The notes under the pieces are model-generated. The model searched no databases. It was not told where the DNA came from and saw only the letters and a program-made list of their open reading frames with translations. A DNA stretch of 64,000 nt from a virus: the IMG/VR virus record IMGVR_UViG_3300023210_000011, positions 32,001-96,000 of that record; one strand, 5' to 3'. Shown here in pieces: positions 24,969 to 36,127 of the stretch (position 1 is the stretch's first letter; each line of letters begins with the position of its first letter). The translations under genes were made by a program, and so were the position numbers.

Positions 24969-26086
24969 TGCCGCTGAAACTCTCTGATGCTGACCTCCAG
25001 CGGAGCGCCAAGAGTGCTCTGTCCCCGGTGCCCCCTTCTGGGGCCAGCCGGGCGGAAGATCGGGAGTTCGCGTGGGACCGTTTCCGGGCGTCAGCAGCCC
25101 AGGCCGTGCTCTCCGACCCAGACACGATGCTCTACCTCAAGCTCCGCAAGATGCGGGGTCTGGTGCGTCCCGCAGCAGAGATGCACGGTCTACTCTGTAC
25201 GGCTGTCATGCTGACCGAGCTCGCAGTCCGGCCGGCAGATGTGGGCGTCTCTGACGCGCCCTCCGATGTATCGCAGATTGAGGCAGTGCTCTCTCGAGGC
25301 ACTACCCCAGACCTGGCAGCCCTCCAGGCAGCGACTGCAGCAGCGTTCCGGGACGAGGTGAAGAGAGAGGTCCGAAAGGGCTACGCCCGTCCGAGTGACG
25401 CGGGGGCGTCACTGTCTGTGGTTGTGCAGGAGATCGTCAGACGGGCGGAGGATCTCTACGAGATCTGCGTGCAGGTCAAGAGTCGGATCCCAGACCACCG
25501 CGCGATCCTCCTGGCTACCGCCGCAGGCCCGGTCAAGGATCGGGCGCTGCTGGCGCTGAGCGAGCGAGACGGGCTGGACAGGGTGCTGGCGGTCAGCAAC
25601 GCGGTGGGGGCGCTGCAGGCCCTCCAGGCTGATCCACCGACCCAGGTGCTGCTGTCCCGTCACGCCGCAGCCGGGGCACACATGGCGACACTGATGCGCG
25701 CCCTGTCCGGGCTGCTGCGGCCACGCAAGCTGGCGGCGTCACGGGCGGAGGCCGCGAGGGAAGTGGCCTTCTACGGGGAGTCGGCCTCTCTGATCTCTTC
25801 CCTCACTCCCGAGGCCTCCCGGGCGTTCGGTCTCCTGTTCTTGGACACTCCGGACTCGGTAGACACCCTGGGGAGCCTCCGGGAGATCTCGCTCGAAGCA
25901 GCCGCAGGTACGGTGTCCTCTGCCCAGCAGCTCCTGAAGTCATGTGCTGCCGAGGGATTCGACGCAGCATACCGAGACCTCGAGATGGGGAACCCCCTCC
26001 GGCTGGTGCGCTCGGGCTTCCTCTCTGGGACGCGGGTTGGGAGCATCTCTGCGGTTACCGGAGACCTCACCTACCGCTCAGGGTGA
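24968..26086 (+). CDS. Hypothetical Ala-rich helical protein
   Basis: TGATG-coupled; about 370 aa ORF. Confidence 0.7.
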   Translation: MPLKLSDADLQRSAKSALSPVPPSGASRAEDREFAWDRFRASAAQAVLSDPDTMLYLKLRKMRGLVRPAAEMHGLLCTAVMLTELAVRPADVGVSDAPSDVSQIEAVLSRGTTPDLAALQAATAAAFRDEVKREVRKGYARPSDAGASLSVVVQEIVRRAEDLYEICVQVKSRIPDHRAILLATAAGPVKDRALLALSERDGLDRVLAVSNAVGALQALQADPPTQVLLSRHAAAGAHMATLMRALSGLLRPRKLAASRAEAAREVAFYGESASLISSLTPEASRAFGLLFLDTPDSVDTLGSLREISLEAAAGTVSSAQQLLKSCAAEGFDAAYRDLEMGNPLRLVRSGFLSGTRVGSISAVTGDLTYRSG

Positions 26087-26090
26087 CCAC

Positions 26091-26435
26091 ATGCCCGACA
26101 CCAAGACCCTGGACCTGGCGACTCAGCAGCTCCTCGCCCTCGTCGGAGATGCGATCACAGAGGTCAGCACCGCCCAGGCACTGAACCAGGTCGCTTCGGC
26201 AAGCCTTCGGTCCTCCTTGGAGGATGCGATCCTGCTGCTGGACTCCGAAGCATTCGGTGAAGTGGGAGCTTTCGCGGTAGGAGGAGAGGCGTCGCCTATC
26301 ACTGGTACGCTTCCCTCCCGCACCGTGGGTGGTAAGATCCAGAGAATCCGTGAGCTCCGGGCGGCCCTTTTCGGTTCCGCTGGGAACTCAGTAGGTGCCA
26401 TGGACATCCTCCTGCAGGCCGCCTCGGTGGAGTGA
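26091..26435 (+). CDS. Hypothetical protein
   Basis: Start MPDTKTLDLA after the upstream stop; track start 25944 is over-extended. Confidence 0.7.
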   Translation: MPDTKTLDLATQQLLALVGDAITEVSTAQALNQVASASLRSSLEDAILLLDSEAFGEVGAFAVGGEASPITGTLPSRTVGGKIQRIRELRAALFGSAGNSVGAMDILLQAASVE

Positions 26436-26436
26436 C

Positions 26437-27078
26437 ATGGACTACCCCCTTCTCGCGTTCCAGCAGACCAAGAACATCCAGCGGGTGACGTTCTTCGGTC
26501 AGGGCACCGCCCTGGACATTCGCGGGCTGAACTTCCGCGACATCACTGGGGTGATCGTCAACGGGGTCCGCTCTCCGGTGTTCGTCACGGTCAGTCCGAC
26601 GCGGATCCTGGCCGACATCCCAGCCGGGGAGGTTGGGGTCATCATCCGGTCGGTGGCGGTCCTCACTGCGAACGTCAGTGGCAGCAAGGCGTCCATTGTC
26701 AGCTTTGAAGCTGCGGTCTCGGCGCAGCAGTTGGGGGACTCTGGGCTCCTCGTTCAGCGATTCCTCAAGGTGCTCCTGACTACGCAGGGGTCGGACATCT
26801 TCGCTCCGCAGGCCGGAGGAAACCTCTTGGCGTTGATCGGGGAGATCTCCGAATCAGAGCGCCAGAATGTGGAAGCACTGGCCATGCTGTACGTTCAGCA
26901 GGCGGAAGAGGTAATGATCACCTCGCAGGCACGGAACCCGCAGCTCCCCGACTCCGCCAAGCTGGGGCGGGTCACCGTTCTTCGGGCGTCATATAGTCCC
27001 CAAGAAACCGCCCTCGATATTCGGCTGCGGATCCAGTCCCTTGACGGGACGGTCGCGATCGCAGGACTCGCCCTCTAA
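26437..27078 (+). CDS. Baseplate wedge gp25/GPW-like protein with N-terminal IPT/TIG-like domain
   Basis: LVQRFLKVLLTTQGSDIFAPQAGGNL is the gp25 pattern; LDIRGLNF...VIVNG...VSPTRILADIP is TIG-like. Confidence 0.75.
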   Translation: MDYPLLAFQQTKNIQRVTFFGQGTALDIRGLNFRDITGVIVNGVRSPVFVTVSPTRILADIPAGEVGVIIRSVAVLTANVSGSKASIVSFEAAVSAQQLGDSGLLVQRFLKVLLTTQGSDIFAPQAGGNLLALIGEISESERQNVEALAMLYVQQAEEVMITSQARNPQLPDSAKLGRVTVLRASYSPQETALDIRLRIQSLDGTVAIAGLAL

Positions 27079-27087
27079 GGAAGACCC

Positions 27088-30000
27088 ATGGCCAACACCG
27101 GTACGCAGGCTGATCAGATCCGTGATCTCCTCGTGGAGCTCCTCGAGGCGTACGATCCGACGCTCAATCTGGCCCCGGGTGGGGCGGTGTACGACCGTGT
27201 TGTCGCTCCGCTCTACTCCTCCCTCGGTGTGGACGCGTTCGATACGGACCTCGAGCTCTTCCTCCTGACCCGACTGCGCCAGGAGTTCCCGAGTCTGCCT
27301 GCTGAGCAGGGCGACGCCATCGTTGACCTGGTCATTCGTCCTCTGCAGCTCCTTCTTGAGGGATTCAAGCGGGAACTGCAGATCATCCGACGGGGGCAGT
27401 CCGTCCGCAACTCGGGTCAGATGCGGATCCAGGATGCAGAAGACCTGGCTGCCAACTTCTTCGTGAGCCGCCGAGAGGGGTCCCGGGCGGGAGGCACCGT
27501 CCGGATCTTCTTCGCGAACCCCACGTTCGTCTCGCTGCTGGCTTCGACCGAGCTCCGTACCTCTTCAGGGCTGGTCTTCTACCCGCGCGTTCCTCAGTTC
27601 TTCCGCCCAGAGGTGATGGCTGCTCAGCGTTCGGGGCAGCTCTACTACCTCGATGTGGGCGTAGTCGCGGCAGAAGCCGGCGAGGAGTACAACGTCGAAG
27701 AGGGTGCGATCTCCTCGGTCATCGGGCTCGCCTCTGCCGTGCGCGCCACCAACCGGTTCGCATTCAACGGGGGCAGTTACCAGGAGACGGCCGAGCAGCT
27801 CCTCCAGAGGACGCAGACCTCTCTCACGGAGCGCAGCCTGAACACCCGCCGCGGAGTTCGCGCTCGGCTGTTCTCGGAGTTTCCCACAATCCGGAATATG
27901 GAAGTCGTCGGATTCGGGGATCCGGAGATGCAGCGGGATGTGATCACAGGATCCGGCGGCGGAGATGTGATCACGTCGGGCATGAGCTTCGTTCTGGGTC
28001 GCTACGTGCTCCTGCTGTCGATGTTCGAGAATCGTGGCCGGGATGGGGCTCGTCGAATCCGAGCCGGGAGCCGGATCGAGCTCAACTTCTGGAACTTCCT
28101 CTACGGAACGCGCCCGGAGGAGGCGAACCAGTTCTTCGGGGTCGACGAGGTGGTCTACGAGAGCTCGGAGGACCTGGTTGGGCTGCCCACGATCTACCTG
28201 CTGAAGCTGGACGCGGTTCCTGATGTCGATCCCCCTTCCGTCAGCCTGATCCCTGGCCTCCTTCCTGGGGTGTTCGCTGCTGCGTACGACCGGGCGGAGA
28301 TCCGGATCTCAGACATTCCCGGGGGCATCACGAACCCCGACGCGAATGAGCAGATCATCATCCAGGACGGAGAGGTCCACATCGGCGGGCACTACGACGT
28401 GTACGTCCGCCCGTCTGCGTCCAGTTCGACCTCTACGCAGTACGCCCCGCAGGCCAGCGAGGTTGCGGTGTACGAGGGAGAGGAGCTCACCCTCTCTGGG
28501 CAGATCGATGCAACGGCTCTGCGCGACTACGGGGCCCTCAAGAACAAGGTGCATTCGCGGCTCCGGATCCACTACCGGCCCATCTCAGGAACGCTCACCG
28601 AGACCGAGGTGGTCAACCTCTTCGACGGCTCGAGCATCGAGGAGGACACCGGGGCCTACCTCCTGGATCTGAACACCGCAGAGCGGTACCTGGACCTGTG
28701 CTGCCTGACGTCCGACAACGACTGGTCTTCCGGCCAGATCAAGGGCGCGACCAGTGGTGCCGTCGTCGCCATCTCGAGCGTGGAGCAGGTCATCTGGGAG
28801 GACGTTGGGGTCTCTCGTGGGATGACCCTCAATGTGCTCACGGGACCTGATGCCGGGGTCTACAAGATCTTGGATGTGCGGGGTGTTGAGCTGGTGCTCG
28901 ACCTGGACATGACTGCGTTGTCGTCTGATGTGCGATTCCGCATCATCGACGAGACCGTAGTGGATGCGTTCTCGCCCCAGTCCCCGGTCTACCCGTTCAA
29001 CGCGGACTCTGCGACGGGACTCCGCACGACCATTGGGTCTGCGACGGTCCGGGTCTCCGAAGACCTGCAGCAGTTCGGAGTCGCCACCGGGCACACCTTC
29101 GAGATCCTCGATGGGGGCAACCAGGGGGTCTACCAGATCACCGGATTCGGCGCGAACGGGGGACGTAGCCCCATCCTGAACTCCGAGATGCGGTCTACCG
29201 ACTCCAGTGCGTCCTTCAAGATCTACAGCTCTTCCGGTGGCCTCACCCGGCCGCTGGTCCGGGTGGCTCCCGGTGGCGTGGCGCTGCTCGATACGAGCGG
29301 GCAGGACACGGGCTACACCGTGCCTCCGGCCCTCCCGGTCGGGGCCGCTGCGTACGAAGGCTTCTCCGGCGCTCGGATCACGTACAGCGGGCTCAACGGG
29401 TTCGTGCTGGCAGATGCGGGCACCTCCTGGGCGCCGCAGAGCCATACGCGGCTGCAGGTCTACGACATCGACTCCGCAACAGGTGAGCTGACGAACCCGT
29501 CTGCTGTGAGTCCGCGGTCCCCGGACGGTACGATCACGCAGAAGGACATGAAGACGATCTCCCAGTACTCTGGGCGTCCCGGCACTTGCTACACGGACGA
29601 GTGCCTCCCCAGCGATGACGACTACGTCGCTGTGATGTCTCTTGTGGAGCAGGGGCTGGGTTCTGGGTCTTTCCAGACGCACCTGGCGATTGACCTGCCC
29701 ACGGCGGCCACCGACTTCCTGCAGTCGCTCCGCGATTGGATGGTGGAGCTCACCAGCATCTCAGGCTTCGACCTGGGCGCAGACTTCGAGGCGCTGGCGA
29801 CGCTGTTCGCTCCGTTCACCCTCGACCCAGTGGATGCGGCCAACCCGATCATCGCCCAGTACGAGGTGTTGATCCCGAAGGCCATCTTCGATGGCTGCAA
29901 CAACGTCTTCATCGCCGCCCCAGAGTTCGACTGGAACAAGGCCTTCTCGGGATCCACGTTCGAAGATGCGATGGACGACTACAACAACGGAGAGCTGCGC

Positions 30001-33000
30001 AACACGCCTGCTGCGCTCTCAAACGCGAAGTCGGGGGACGTCCTCACCATCGATGTGGGAGTGAACGCCGGTTCATACGTCATCGACAAGGTCTATACCT
30101 ACAAGATCTACCACGGCGGGAGCATCGTCTCGACCGATCCGTCGTCGTCCGCCGACGACTACTTGGATGCCCGCGTGGCTTACACGTTCTCCGTGGTCAC
30201 GGTCAAGGGTGAGTTCCCGGTGGCGCCCCTTGAGGGCCTGGCGGACTTCTTCTCCACGAGGACCGCATCTCCCCTGGCCTTCCCGTCAGCTCCGAGCTTC
30301 GACGTGGAGAGCAAGATCACGACGGGCCCCTCAGCGGGCAAGGAGCTGGGACCGTGGGAAGTGGTCCAGGAGTCCTTCACCTGGCTGTTCGCGACTCTGG
30401 GCAGCGCCGGTTTCGACGTCCCCAGCGAGTTCGTCCTCGACGCCGGGGCGGTCCTGAAGAGCTTGACCAAGGGCTTCTTCGGCTCCTACCAGGTGGGCAG
30501 GCCGACGGCAGAGCAGATCGTACGGCTCTTCTTCACCGAGCCCACCTCCGTCACGACGTTCGGCCCCACCAGCTGCGCGAACTACTCCTGGAATGAGGAG
30601 GTGACCAGCCCGGCAGATGTCACCGGAGGGGACATCACCCTCCCAGTGGCCAGCAGTGAGGGCCTCGAGGCGGCGCTCACGTTCGTGGGTGCAGCTTCAC
30701 GTACCACCCTGACCGGCACAGTGACCGCTGCCATCGCGGCGCTGACCTCCTTCACTGAGCTGGCAACGGCGCTCCAAGAGCTGCTGGACCCGGACGAAGA
30801 TCTGGTCCGGTTCACGGGTGCCGAGTCTTCCTGGGGAAGCACCACCGGATCGATCACCGTGAGTCCGATTGAGCGCGGGGTGGGGACCACTCTGACAATC
30901 GCTGCAGAGGACCGTGAAGACGGATTCCGCCACTTCGGCTTCTCAGACGAGGAGGGAGGCGGAGTGCTCCAGATTCCGAACTCGGTGGCGTTCCCTGCCG
31001 CGGGCTTCCTGTCTCTGAGCGCAGAGATCGATACGACCCCGTTCGGGGTCTATTACGTCGAAGATGACGTAGTGATCGTGGTGGGAGAGACTCTCACGAT
31101 CACCCAGACTCCTGGGGACTTCGACATCACGCCGCTGGCGGTGATGCGCGTAGACGATCCGGTGTTCGGCGGCATCAAGACGGTGGTTCTGTTCGACCCG
31201 GCCAGCTTCGCGGTGCTGGACCCGGGGGACACTCCGCAGGTCACTCTGGGCTCGGGTACCTACGACATCCTGAGTGCGTCGTCGGTTCTTGGCATCAACA
31301 CCACCTCCGGCGCCACCTACCTGTACCTGGGGTACTCGGCTCTCGAAGAGACCCTGCTCACTGGAATGCAGGCATCCATCGTCTCCGCGATTCTGGCCGT
31401 GGCCATCTCCGACGGGATTCTGGGTGCGGCGACGAGCTACGAGTCCTGGGAGCAGGAGCTGATCACAGGGTTCAGCGTGGCGGGAGACGGCCTCGACCTT
31501 GAGATCTCCGTGGAGTCAGAATCGGACTGGATGGTCTTCGAGTTCCGGACCAAGCTCTACGACGGGACCACCCTCCTGTCGGTGAACATCGACACCTCCG
31601 CAGCCCTCACAGGGACGCTGACCCTCACGGAGATCTTCACCCTTGAGGTCACGCAGCTGGATGCCACGACGCTGACTGCCGCGCTGGCAGACAGTGGGGC
31701 CTCTGCGCTTGAGTTCGAGCAGGCCATTCTGGCGAACATCGCCAACGCCGATGACCTGGCGAGTGCGCTCAACGCCCTCAATGTGGCGGGAGATCTCGGT
31801 CAGTTCGTCTCCCTGTCTGCCGACGGGGGTGATCCTCAGGACGAGCTCGTCCTGCGGGTGCTGGCCGCTGACCAACAGGATGCGGTTCTGGAAGCTGCCA
31901 CGTCGCTCTGCTTCGACGCTGCTACGCCGCACACCACTCTCGAGAGCGTGGTGTGGACTGCTGACGGAACTTCAGAGCCTGGAGAACTCCAGGAAGGAGT
32001 TCTGCATCCGAATGTGCCCACGCTGTTCAGTGTCCCCGCAGGCACCACCGAGCTCCAGTTCGTGGCTTCGGGCACTGAGAGCCCGCGAGAGGTGTTCCCG
32101 GGAGCGTCCACGACCGGGCAGTCCACCCCCATGGAGCTGCCGCGGGATGCTCGGCTGTCCGCGCACTACGACGACGCGGGGTCCTTCCGGGCCATCGCAT
32201 CCGACCCATCCCTTCCCGCATTCGTCCTTTCCGACGTGCATGTCGGGGAAGATTTCCTCCGCGTCTTCGAGCAGAAGATCCTGGCGGAAGTCGTCAGTTC
32301 TGCTTCTGAGGCCGTCCCGGAGAAGGCCGACCGGGTCATCGCTGTGGCGACCGAGGCCGGCTCCAACATCGTCAGCCTCCTGGGGACTGAGGACTACTCC
32401 TTCCTGTCTCCCACGTCTGAGCTGGACCGCGATGCTCTCCGTGAGGGGGACATGCTGTTCACGGAGGAAGGGGACCTGGCGTCGGGCTACCAGATCATCG
32501 ATGTGGCCGAGAACCAGCTCACCCTGGATCGGCCCATGCCCTTCACCACGGGGCAGGTCTACCGGTCCGGAAACGAGGGCATGGTCGAGGAGACAGACAT
32601 CTTCGTGGACCCCACAGGGCCGTTCATCTCGGACGATGTGGGTCGGTATGTCACCATCTACGCGTCGAATTTCCCTGGAATGGACGGCAGCTACCAGATC
32701 TTGGAGGTCACCAACGCCTCTACGGTAGTCCTCGACATGGACGCATTCCCCGTGACCGAGACCGGGCTGCACTGGGCGGTGGTCCGTGCGCCCGTAGACG
32801 AGCTCGGGGACTCTGAGATCGACGGGTTCAACGAGATGCACGGCCTCCGGCCGGTGCGGCTCTACTCGGGGATCCCCTCTGAGTGGCGGATTGTGGGGGT
32901 TCACCCCTCGATCAGCCGGCAGTCCTCGTACCTCACCTGCTCGTACAGCGACGCGTACTTCCCATCTCCGTACGAGGTCCAGCGCAACCTGGCCGCCTAC

Positions 33001-33819
33001 GGGCCGATTCGAGGGGTCAACCAGCCCTACGCGGTGATCCGGAGGGCCACCAAGCACCTCTCATCGACCGAGATGAAGTCTCAGGGGCTTGATAGGGGCC
33101 TGTACTACGCAGATGTGCGGGCGTTCTCCCTGGGTGGAGACCCGGTCTTCAACATCCCGAAGGACACGTCCCTCACTCCTCTGTTCGGCACCTACCACTC
33201 CGATGGCTACCGCCTCGAGGTGGAGGACCCGCTGTTCTCGTACAGCTCTGCGGAGCGGTGCAAGATCCGCATGAGTCCTCGATTCCTGCCCGCAGACCTC
33301 ACGGACATCGAAGAGAACAAGATCTCTCTGGAGCGGTCCAGGTACCAGGTCACCCATGAGTTCTCGTCTCTGGTGGCGCAGGTGCAGGCTCTCCTGCTGT
33401 CCCGGTCTGACCGCACGCTCTGCGCAGATCCCCTCGCGCGCCACTTCCTGCCCTCCTACGTCTACGTGGACATCCGGGCCCTGGGCGGCGACTCCGAGAG
33501 CATGGCGGCGGACATCTACGCCTTCATCGACAGCCTCGAACCCGAAGAGGTCCTCGATGTCTCGCGGCTGGAGAAGTTCCTCCACTCCAACGACGTGTCC
33601 TCCTACGAGCACCCGGTGGTCATCCAGATCGTGACGCACGATCTCTACCGGCGGCGAGTCCTGACCAGGTCCACGGACACGATCGGCAGCTCCTTGGATG
33701 AGGCAGACTTCTCCGGAAGCCACCGCACGACGTTCTACATCCCGGGCCCTCCCAGCTTCTCCGATGGCTCCCGAGAGGGGGCAGAGCGCATCTTGATCTC
33801 GGGCAGGACCAATGGCTGA
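27088..33819 (+). CDS. Giant baseplate wedge protein, gpJ/gp6-like (2243 aa)
   Basis: FFVSRREGSRAGGTVRIFF...VAAEAGEEYNV...NRFAFNGGSYQETAEQLLQR matches the baseplate J N-terminus; J-like C-terminal module; follows the gp25-like gene. Confidence 0.8.
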   Translation: MANTGTQADQIRDLLVELLEAYDPTLNLAPGGAVYDRVVAPLYSSLGVDAFDTDLELFLLTRLRQEFPSLPAEQGDAIVDLVIRPLQLLLEGFKRELQIIRRGQSVRNSGQMRIQDAEDLAANFFVSRREGSRAGGTVRIFFANPTFVSLLASTELRTSSGLVFYPRVPQFFRPEVMAAQRSGQLYYLDVGVVAAEAGEEYNVEEGAISSVIGLASAVRATNRFAFNGGSYQETAEQLLQRTQTSLTERSLNTRRGVRARLFSEFPTIRNMEVVGFGDPEMQRDVITGSGGGDVITSGMSFVLGRYVLLLSMFENRGRDGARRIRAGSRIELNFWNFLYGTRPEEANQFFGVDEVVYESSEDLVGLPTIYLLKLDAVPDVDPPSVSLIPGLLPGVFAAAYDRAEIRISDIPGGITNPDANEQIIIQDGEVHIGGHYDVYVRPSASSSTSTQYAPQASEVAVYEGEELTLSGQIDATALRDYGALKNKVHSRLRIHYRPISGTLTETEVVNLFDGSSIEEDTGAYLLDLNTAERYLDLCCLTSDNDWSSGQIKGATSGAVVAISSVEQVIWEDVGVSRGMTLNVLTGPDAGVYKILDVRGVELVLDLDMTALSSDVRFRIIDETVVDAFSPQSPVYPFNADSATGLRTTIGSATVRVSEDLQQFGVATGHTFEILDGGNQGVYQITGFGANGGRSPILNSEMRSTDSSASFKIYSSSGGLTRPLVRVAPGGVALLDTSGQDTGYTVPPALPVGAAAYEGFSGARITYSGLNGFVLADAGTSWAPQSHTRLQVYDIDSATGELTNPSAVSPRSPDGTITQKDMKTISQYSGRPGTCYTDECLPSDDDYVAVMSLVEQGLGSGSFQTHLAIDLPTAATDFLQSLRDWMVELTSISGFDLGADFEALATLFAPFTLDPVDAANPIIAQYEVLIPKAIFDGCNNVFIAAPEFDWNKAFSGSTFEDAMDDYNNGELRNTPAALSNAKSGDVLTIDVGVNAGSYVIDKVYTYKIYHGGSIVSTDPSSSADDYLDARVAYTFSVVTVKGEFPVAPLEGLADFFSTRTASPLAFPSAPSFDVESKITTGPSAGKELGPWEVVQESFTWLFATLGSAGFDVPSEFVLDAGAVLKSLTKGFFGSYQVGRPTAEQIVRLFFTEPTSVTTFGPTSCANYSWNEEVTSPADVTGGDITLPVASSEGLEAALTFVGAASRTTLTGTVTAAIAALTSFTELATALQELLDPDEDLVRFTGAESSWGSTTGSITVSPIERGVGTTLTIAAEDREDGFRHFGFSDEEGGGVLQIPNSVAFPAAGFLSLSAEIDTTPFGVYYVEDDVVIVVGETLTITQTPGDFDITPLAVMRVDDPVFGGIKTVVLFDPASFAVLDPGDTPQVTLGSGTYDILSASSVLGINTTSGATYLYLGYSALEETLLTGMQASIVSAILAVAISDGILGAATSYESWEQELITGFSVAGDGLDLEISVESESDWMVFEFRTKLYDGTTLLSVNIDTSAALTGTLTLTEIFTLEVTQLDATTLTAALADSGASALEFEQAILANIANADDLASALNALNVAGDLGQFVSLSADGGDPQDELVLRVLAADQQDAVLEAATSLCFDAATPHTTLESVVWTADGTSEPGELQEGVLHPNVPTLFSVPAGTTELQFVASGTESPREVFPGASTTGQSTPMELPRDARLSAHYDDAGSFRAIASDPSLPAFVLSDVHVGEDFLRVFEQKILAEVVSSASEAVPEKADRVIAVATEAGSNIVSLLGTEDYSFLSPTSELDRDALREGDMLFTEEGDLASGYQIIDVAENQLTLDRPMPFTTGQVYRSGNEGMVEETDIFVDPTGPFISDDVGRYVTIYASNFPGMDGSYQILEVTNASTVVLDMDAFPVTETGLHWAVVRAPVDELGDSEIDGFNEMHGLRPVRLYSGIPSEWRIVGVHPSISRQSSYLTCSYSDAYFPSPYEVQRNLAAYGPIRGVNQPYAVIRRATKHLSSTEMKSQGLDRGLYYADVRAFSLGGDPVFNIPKDTSLTPLFGTYHSDGYRLEVEDPLFSYSSAERCKIRMSPRFLPADLTDIEENKISLERSRYQVTHEFSSLVAQVQALLLSRSDRTLCADPLARHFLPSYVYVDIRALGGDSESMAADIYAFIDSLEPEEVLDVSRLEKFLHSNDVSSYEHPVVIQIVTHDLYRRRVLTRSTDTIGSSLDEADFSGSHRTTFYIPGPPSFSDGSREGAERILISGRTNG

Positions 33820-36127
33820 TCCCACCATCGTCAACCGCGTCCCCGGAGAGGGGGAGGAGATGAACCCTCTCCAGCCCGTCTACTTCGGGGTGCGGGATGC
33901 CGATTACCGAACCAGCTTGGCCTCGGTGTCGGCGCTGATGACGTTCTCGCAGCAGCAGTACGCAGCGGAAGAGCTCCCACAGGACGAGAGGTTCTTCATC
34001 GACGTGTTCAGCGATGGTGTCCCCATCGCGCGGACGGGCGAGATCGTAGACCGTGCCCTGGACACTCCGCCGCAGGGCCCAGTGCTCACCTTGACCAACC
34101 AGTCGGCGGACACAGAGAGTGGGACCCTCTTCCTGGAAGAGATCGCCACTCCGCGTGCGCCGGTAGGCTGTGAGATCCGGTTCTCCGTGCAGGCGTTCAC
34201 ACTGGGCACGGCGCTGCCCTACCAGGCGAACTCAGACTACGCAGGGATCATGTTCGGGCTGATTCACTGGCCCACTGGGTCTGCGGTGACGGTCTACCTG
34301 TGCGACGACGGTGCCACCAAGTACCTCGAGTTCGCCAGTCCTTCGCAGGATGGGTCGGGGACCCGCTCGGTGGCCGAGAGAATCGACTTCGACTGGAGTG
34401 TGAATCCTGTCGAGAATGACTTCCGGATCTTGTGGGATCTGACCGCGACTACGGCCAAGATCTACCTCTTCTCCACCGATGCGGACAATGAAGAGACCCT
34501 TCTGCACTCGGAGTCCACCTCGGGATGGCCTCTTCTCCTGTCCTCCGCCCGCATGGGGAATCGCACCCGAGAGGACGAGGACGAGCGGGTCGTCGCGTTC
34601 GTAGGCATCGACGGGAACCGGAGCAGCGGGGACACCGAGATTGACATCGAGGACATCGTACTCGAGCATCATGGTGAGATTCTCATCAGCAGTGGGATCC
34701 AGACTCCCCGCTCCTCCGCGGTGGTCACGTCGAATGCGATGACGCGCGTGGTGGTGGCTTCGGACACCGCGTCCTGGACAAACCTGGATGCGTCTTTCGC
34801 GGGAGAGGAAGATGAGATCTTCAATCTCCAGCGCCTCGCAGACTCATCCGACAGCTCGATGGTGGTCCGAGAGGAGACAGATCTGCAGTCGGAGTCGTTC
34901 CTGGTCCTCGGGAAGATGCAGCCCCAGAGCTCTCTGCACGCAGGGTCATTCAGCACTGGGATGGGGTTCACCCTGGTAGACGGCACGAAGGAGGCCAGTT
35001 TCAGGTTCCTCGAACGTGAGTCGATGACCGTCGGGATCTTCACAGGCACCAACCGGGACATCGACACCGACTACGAGCAGGCGGAGCTGGACTGGAGCGA
35101 CGAACTCCCCGAGCTCATGCTGATCGCGAACTCTGCGTCCGACTTCTGCCATCTCTACGCGACCGACGGTTCCCTGCTCGACGAGGTTGAGCCTGAGATC
35201 TCCCTGGCGTACACCGCCCTCCCAGCAGCGGCAGACACCACCCCTCGAGTGTCCCTGGGGTTCGTGGACACCGACGGAGGGGTGGGCCTCTTTGATGGCT
35301 TCCTGGTCTCAGACTCGTTCACCCTGCTGCCCCGGTGCATCTTCTACTACCCGTACTTGTCGGCCGCGGTGCCCTCCGGGGATTGGACGGTCACGAGCTC
35401 TGACGCTGGGCACTCCTACGACGCGACCTCCAAGACCTGGCAGATCCGCCCCACTGCGGAGGACGAGCACACATTCTGTTCTCTGACCTACGCAGAGCAA
35501 GACCTCCTCGTCAACGAGACAGGCCTGGCGGTGCTCATGCGCGTGACGGTCGGCGACCGCAAGGCGTATGGGCAGACCAACGAGCCGCGCATTCCCTCTC
35601 CTGCGCTGCTTGCCATCGATGTGGGCAGTGGGCGCTTCCTTCAGATCCAGTTCGTCTCAGATCTCCCGTCGTCAGACCCTGCGAGCCGCACGTTCGTGTT
35701 CGTCTCCCAGGACGCGCAGGACTACCTCGAGGTGCTCAACCCGCGCTCTGCGCTGGGACAGCTCATCTCGGCCCCCATCGACCTGTCGGAAGAGCACTTC
35801 ATCCTGGTCGCGTATCGGCCGCGTGGGGGCATCCAGGTCTTCTTGGACATGGATCCGGCCCCTGCCATCGATATCCCCTGGGGCGAGAAGGATGTGGTTG
35901 CGCGGGAGGACGTAGCGAGCGTGCTGACCGGAACTACCGTGTCTATCGGCTCGATCCCGACGATTGACGCAGGAAACGTGATGGACGTGGATGTGCGGAT
36001 GATCGCGTCGTCCCGTGGATCGGGACATGATTTTGCCGTTACACTGGCGGTGCCAGAGGCGGACCTCGAGGACAAGATCTACGGGGCGCAGGCCAACGTC
36101 TTCATCGATGTCACGGACACTGACTGA
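33812..36127 (+). CDS. Virion structural protein, beta-rich
   Basis: 771 aa, acidic, beta-strand rich, within the baseplate operon. Confidence 0.7.
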   Translation: MADPTIVNRVPGEGEEMNPLQPVYFGVRDADYRTSLASVSALMTFSQQQYAAEELPQDERFFIDVFSDGVPIARTGEIVDRALDTPPQGPVLTLTNQSADTESGTLFLEEIATPRAPVGCEIRFSVQAFTLGTALPYQANSDYAGIMFGLIHWPTGSAVTVYLCDDGATKYLEFASPSQDGSGTRSVAERIDFDWSVNPVENDFRILWDLTATTAKIYLFSTDADNEETLLHSESTSGWPLLLSSARMGNRTREDEDERVVAFVGIDGNRSSGDTEIDIEDIVLEHHGEILISSGIQTPRSSAVVTSNAMTRVVVASDTASWTNLDASFAGEEDEIFNLQRLADSSDSSMVVREETDLQSESFLVLGKMQPQSSLHAGSFSTGMGFTLVDGTKEASFRFLERESMTVGIFTGTNRDIDTDYEQAELDWSDELPELMLIANSASDFCHLYATDGSLLDEVEPEISLAYTALPAAADTTPRVSLGFVDTDGGVGLFDGFLVSDSFTLLPRCIFYYPYLSAAVPSGDWTVTSSDAGHSYDATSKTWQIRPTAEDEHTFCSLTYAEQDLLVNETGLAVLMRVTVGDRKAYGQTNEPRIPSPALLAIDVGSGRFLQIQFVSDLPSSDPASRTFVFVSQDAQDYLEVLNPRSALGQLISAPIDLSEEHFILVAYRPRGGIQVFLDMDPAPAIDIPWGEKDVVAREDVASVLTGTTVSIGSIPTIDAGNVMDVDVRMIASSRGSGHDFAVTLAVPEADLEDKIYGAQANVFIDVTDTD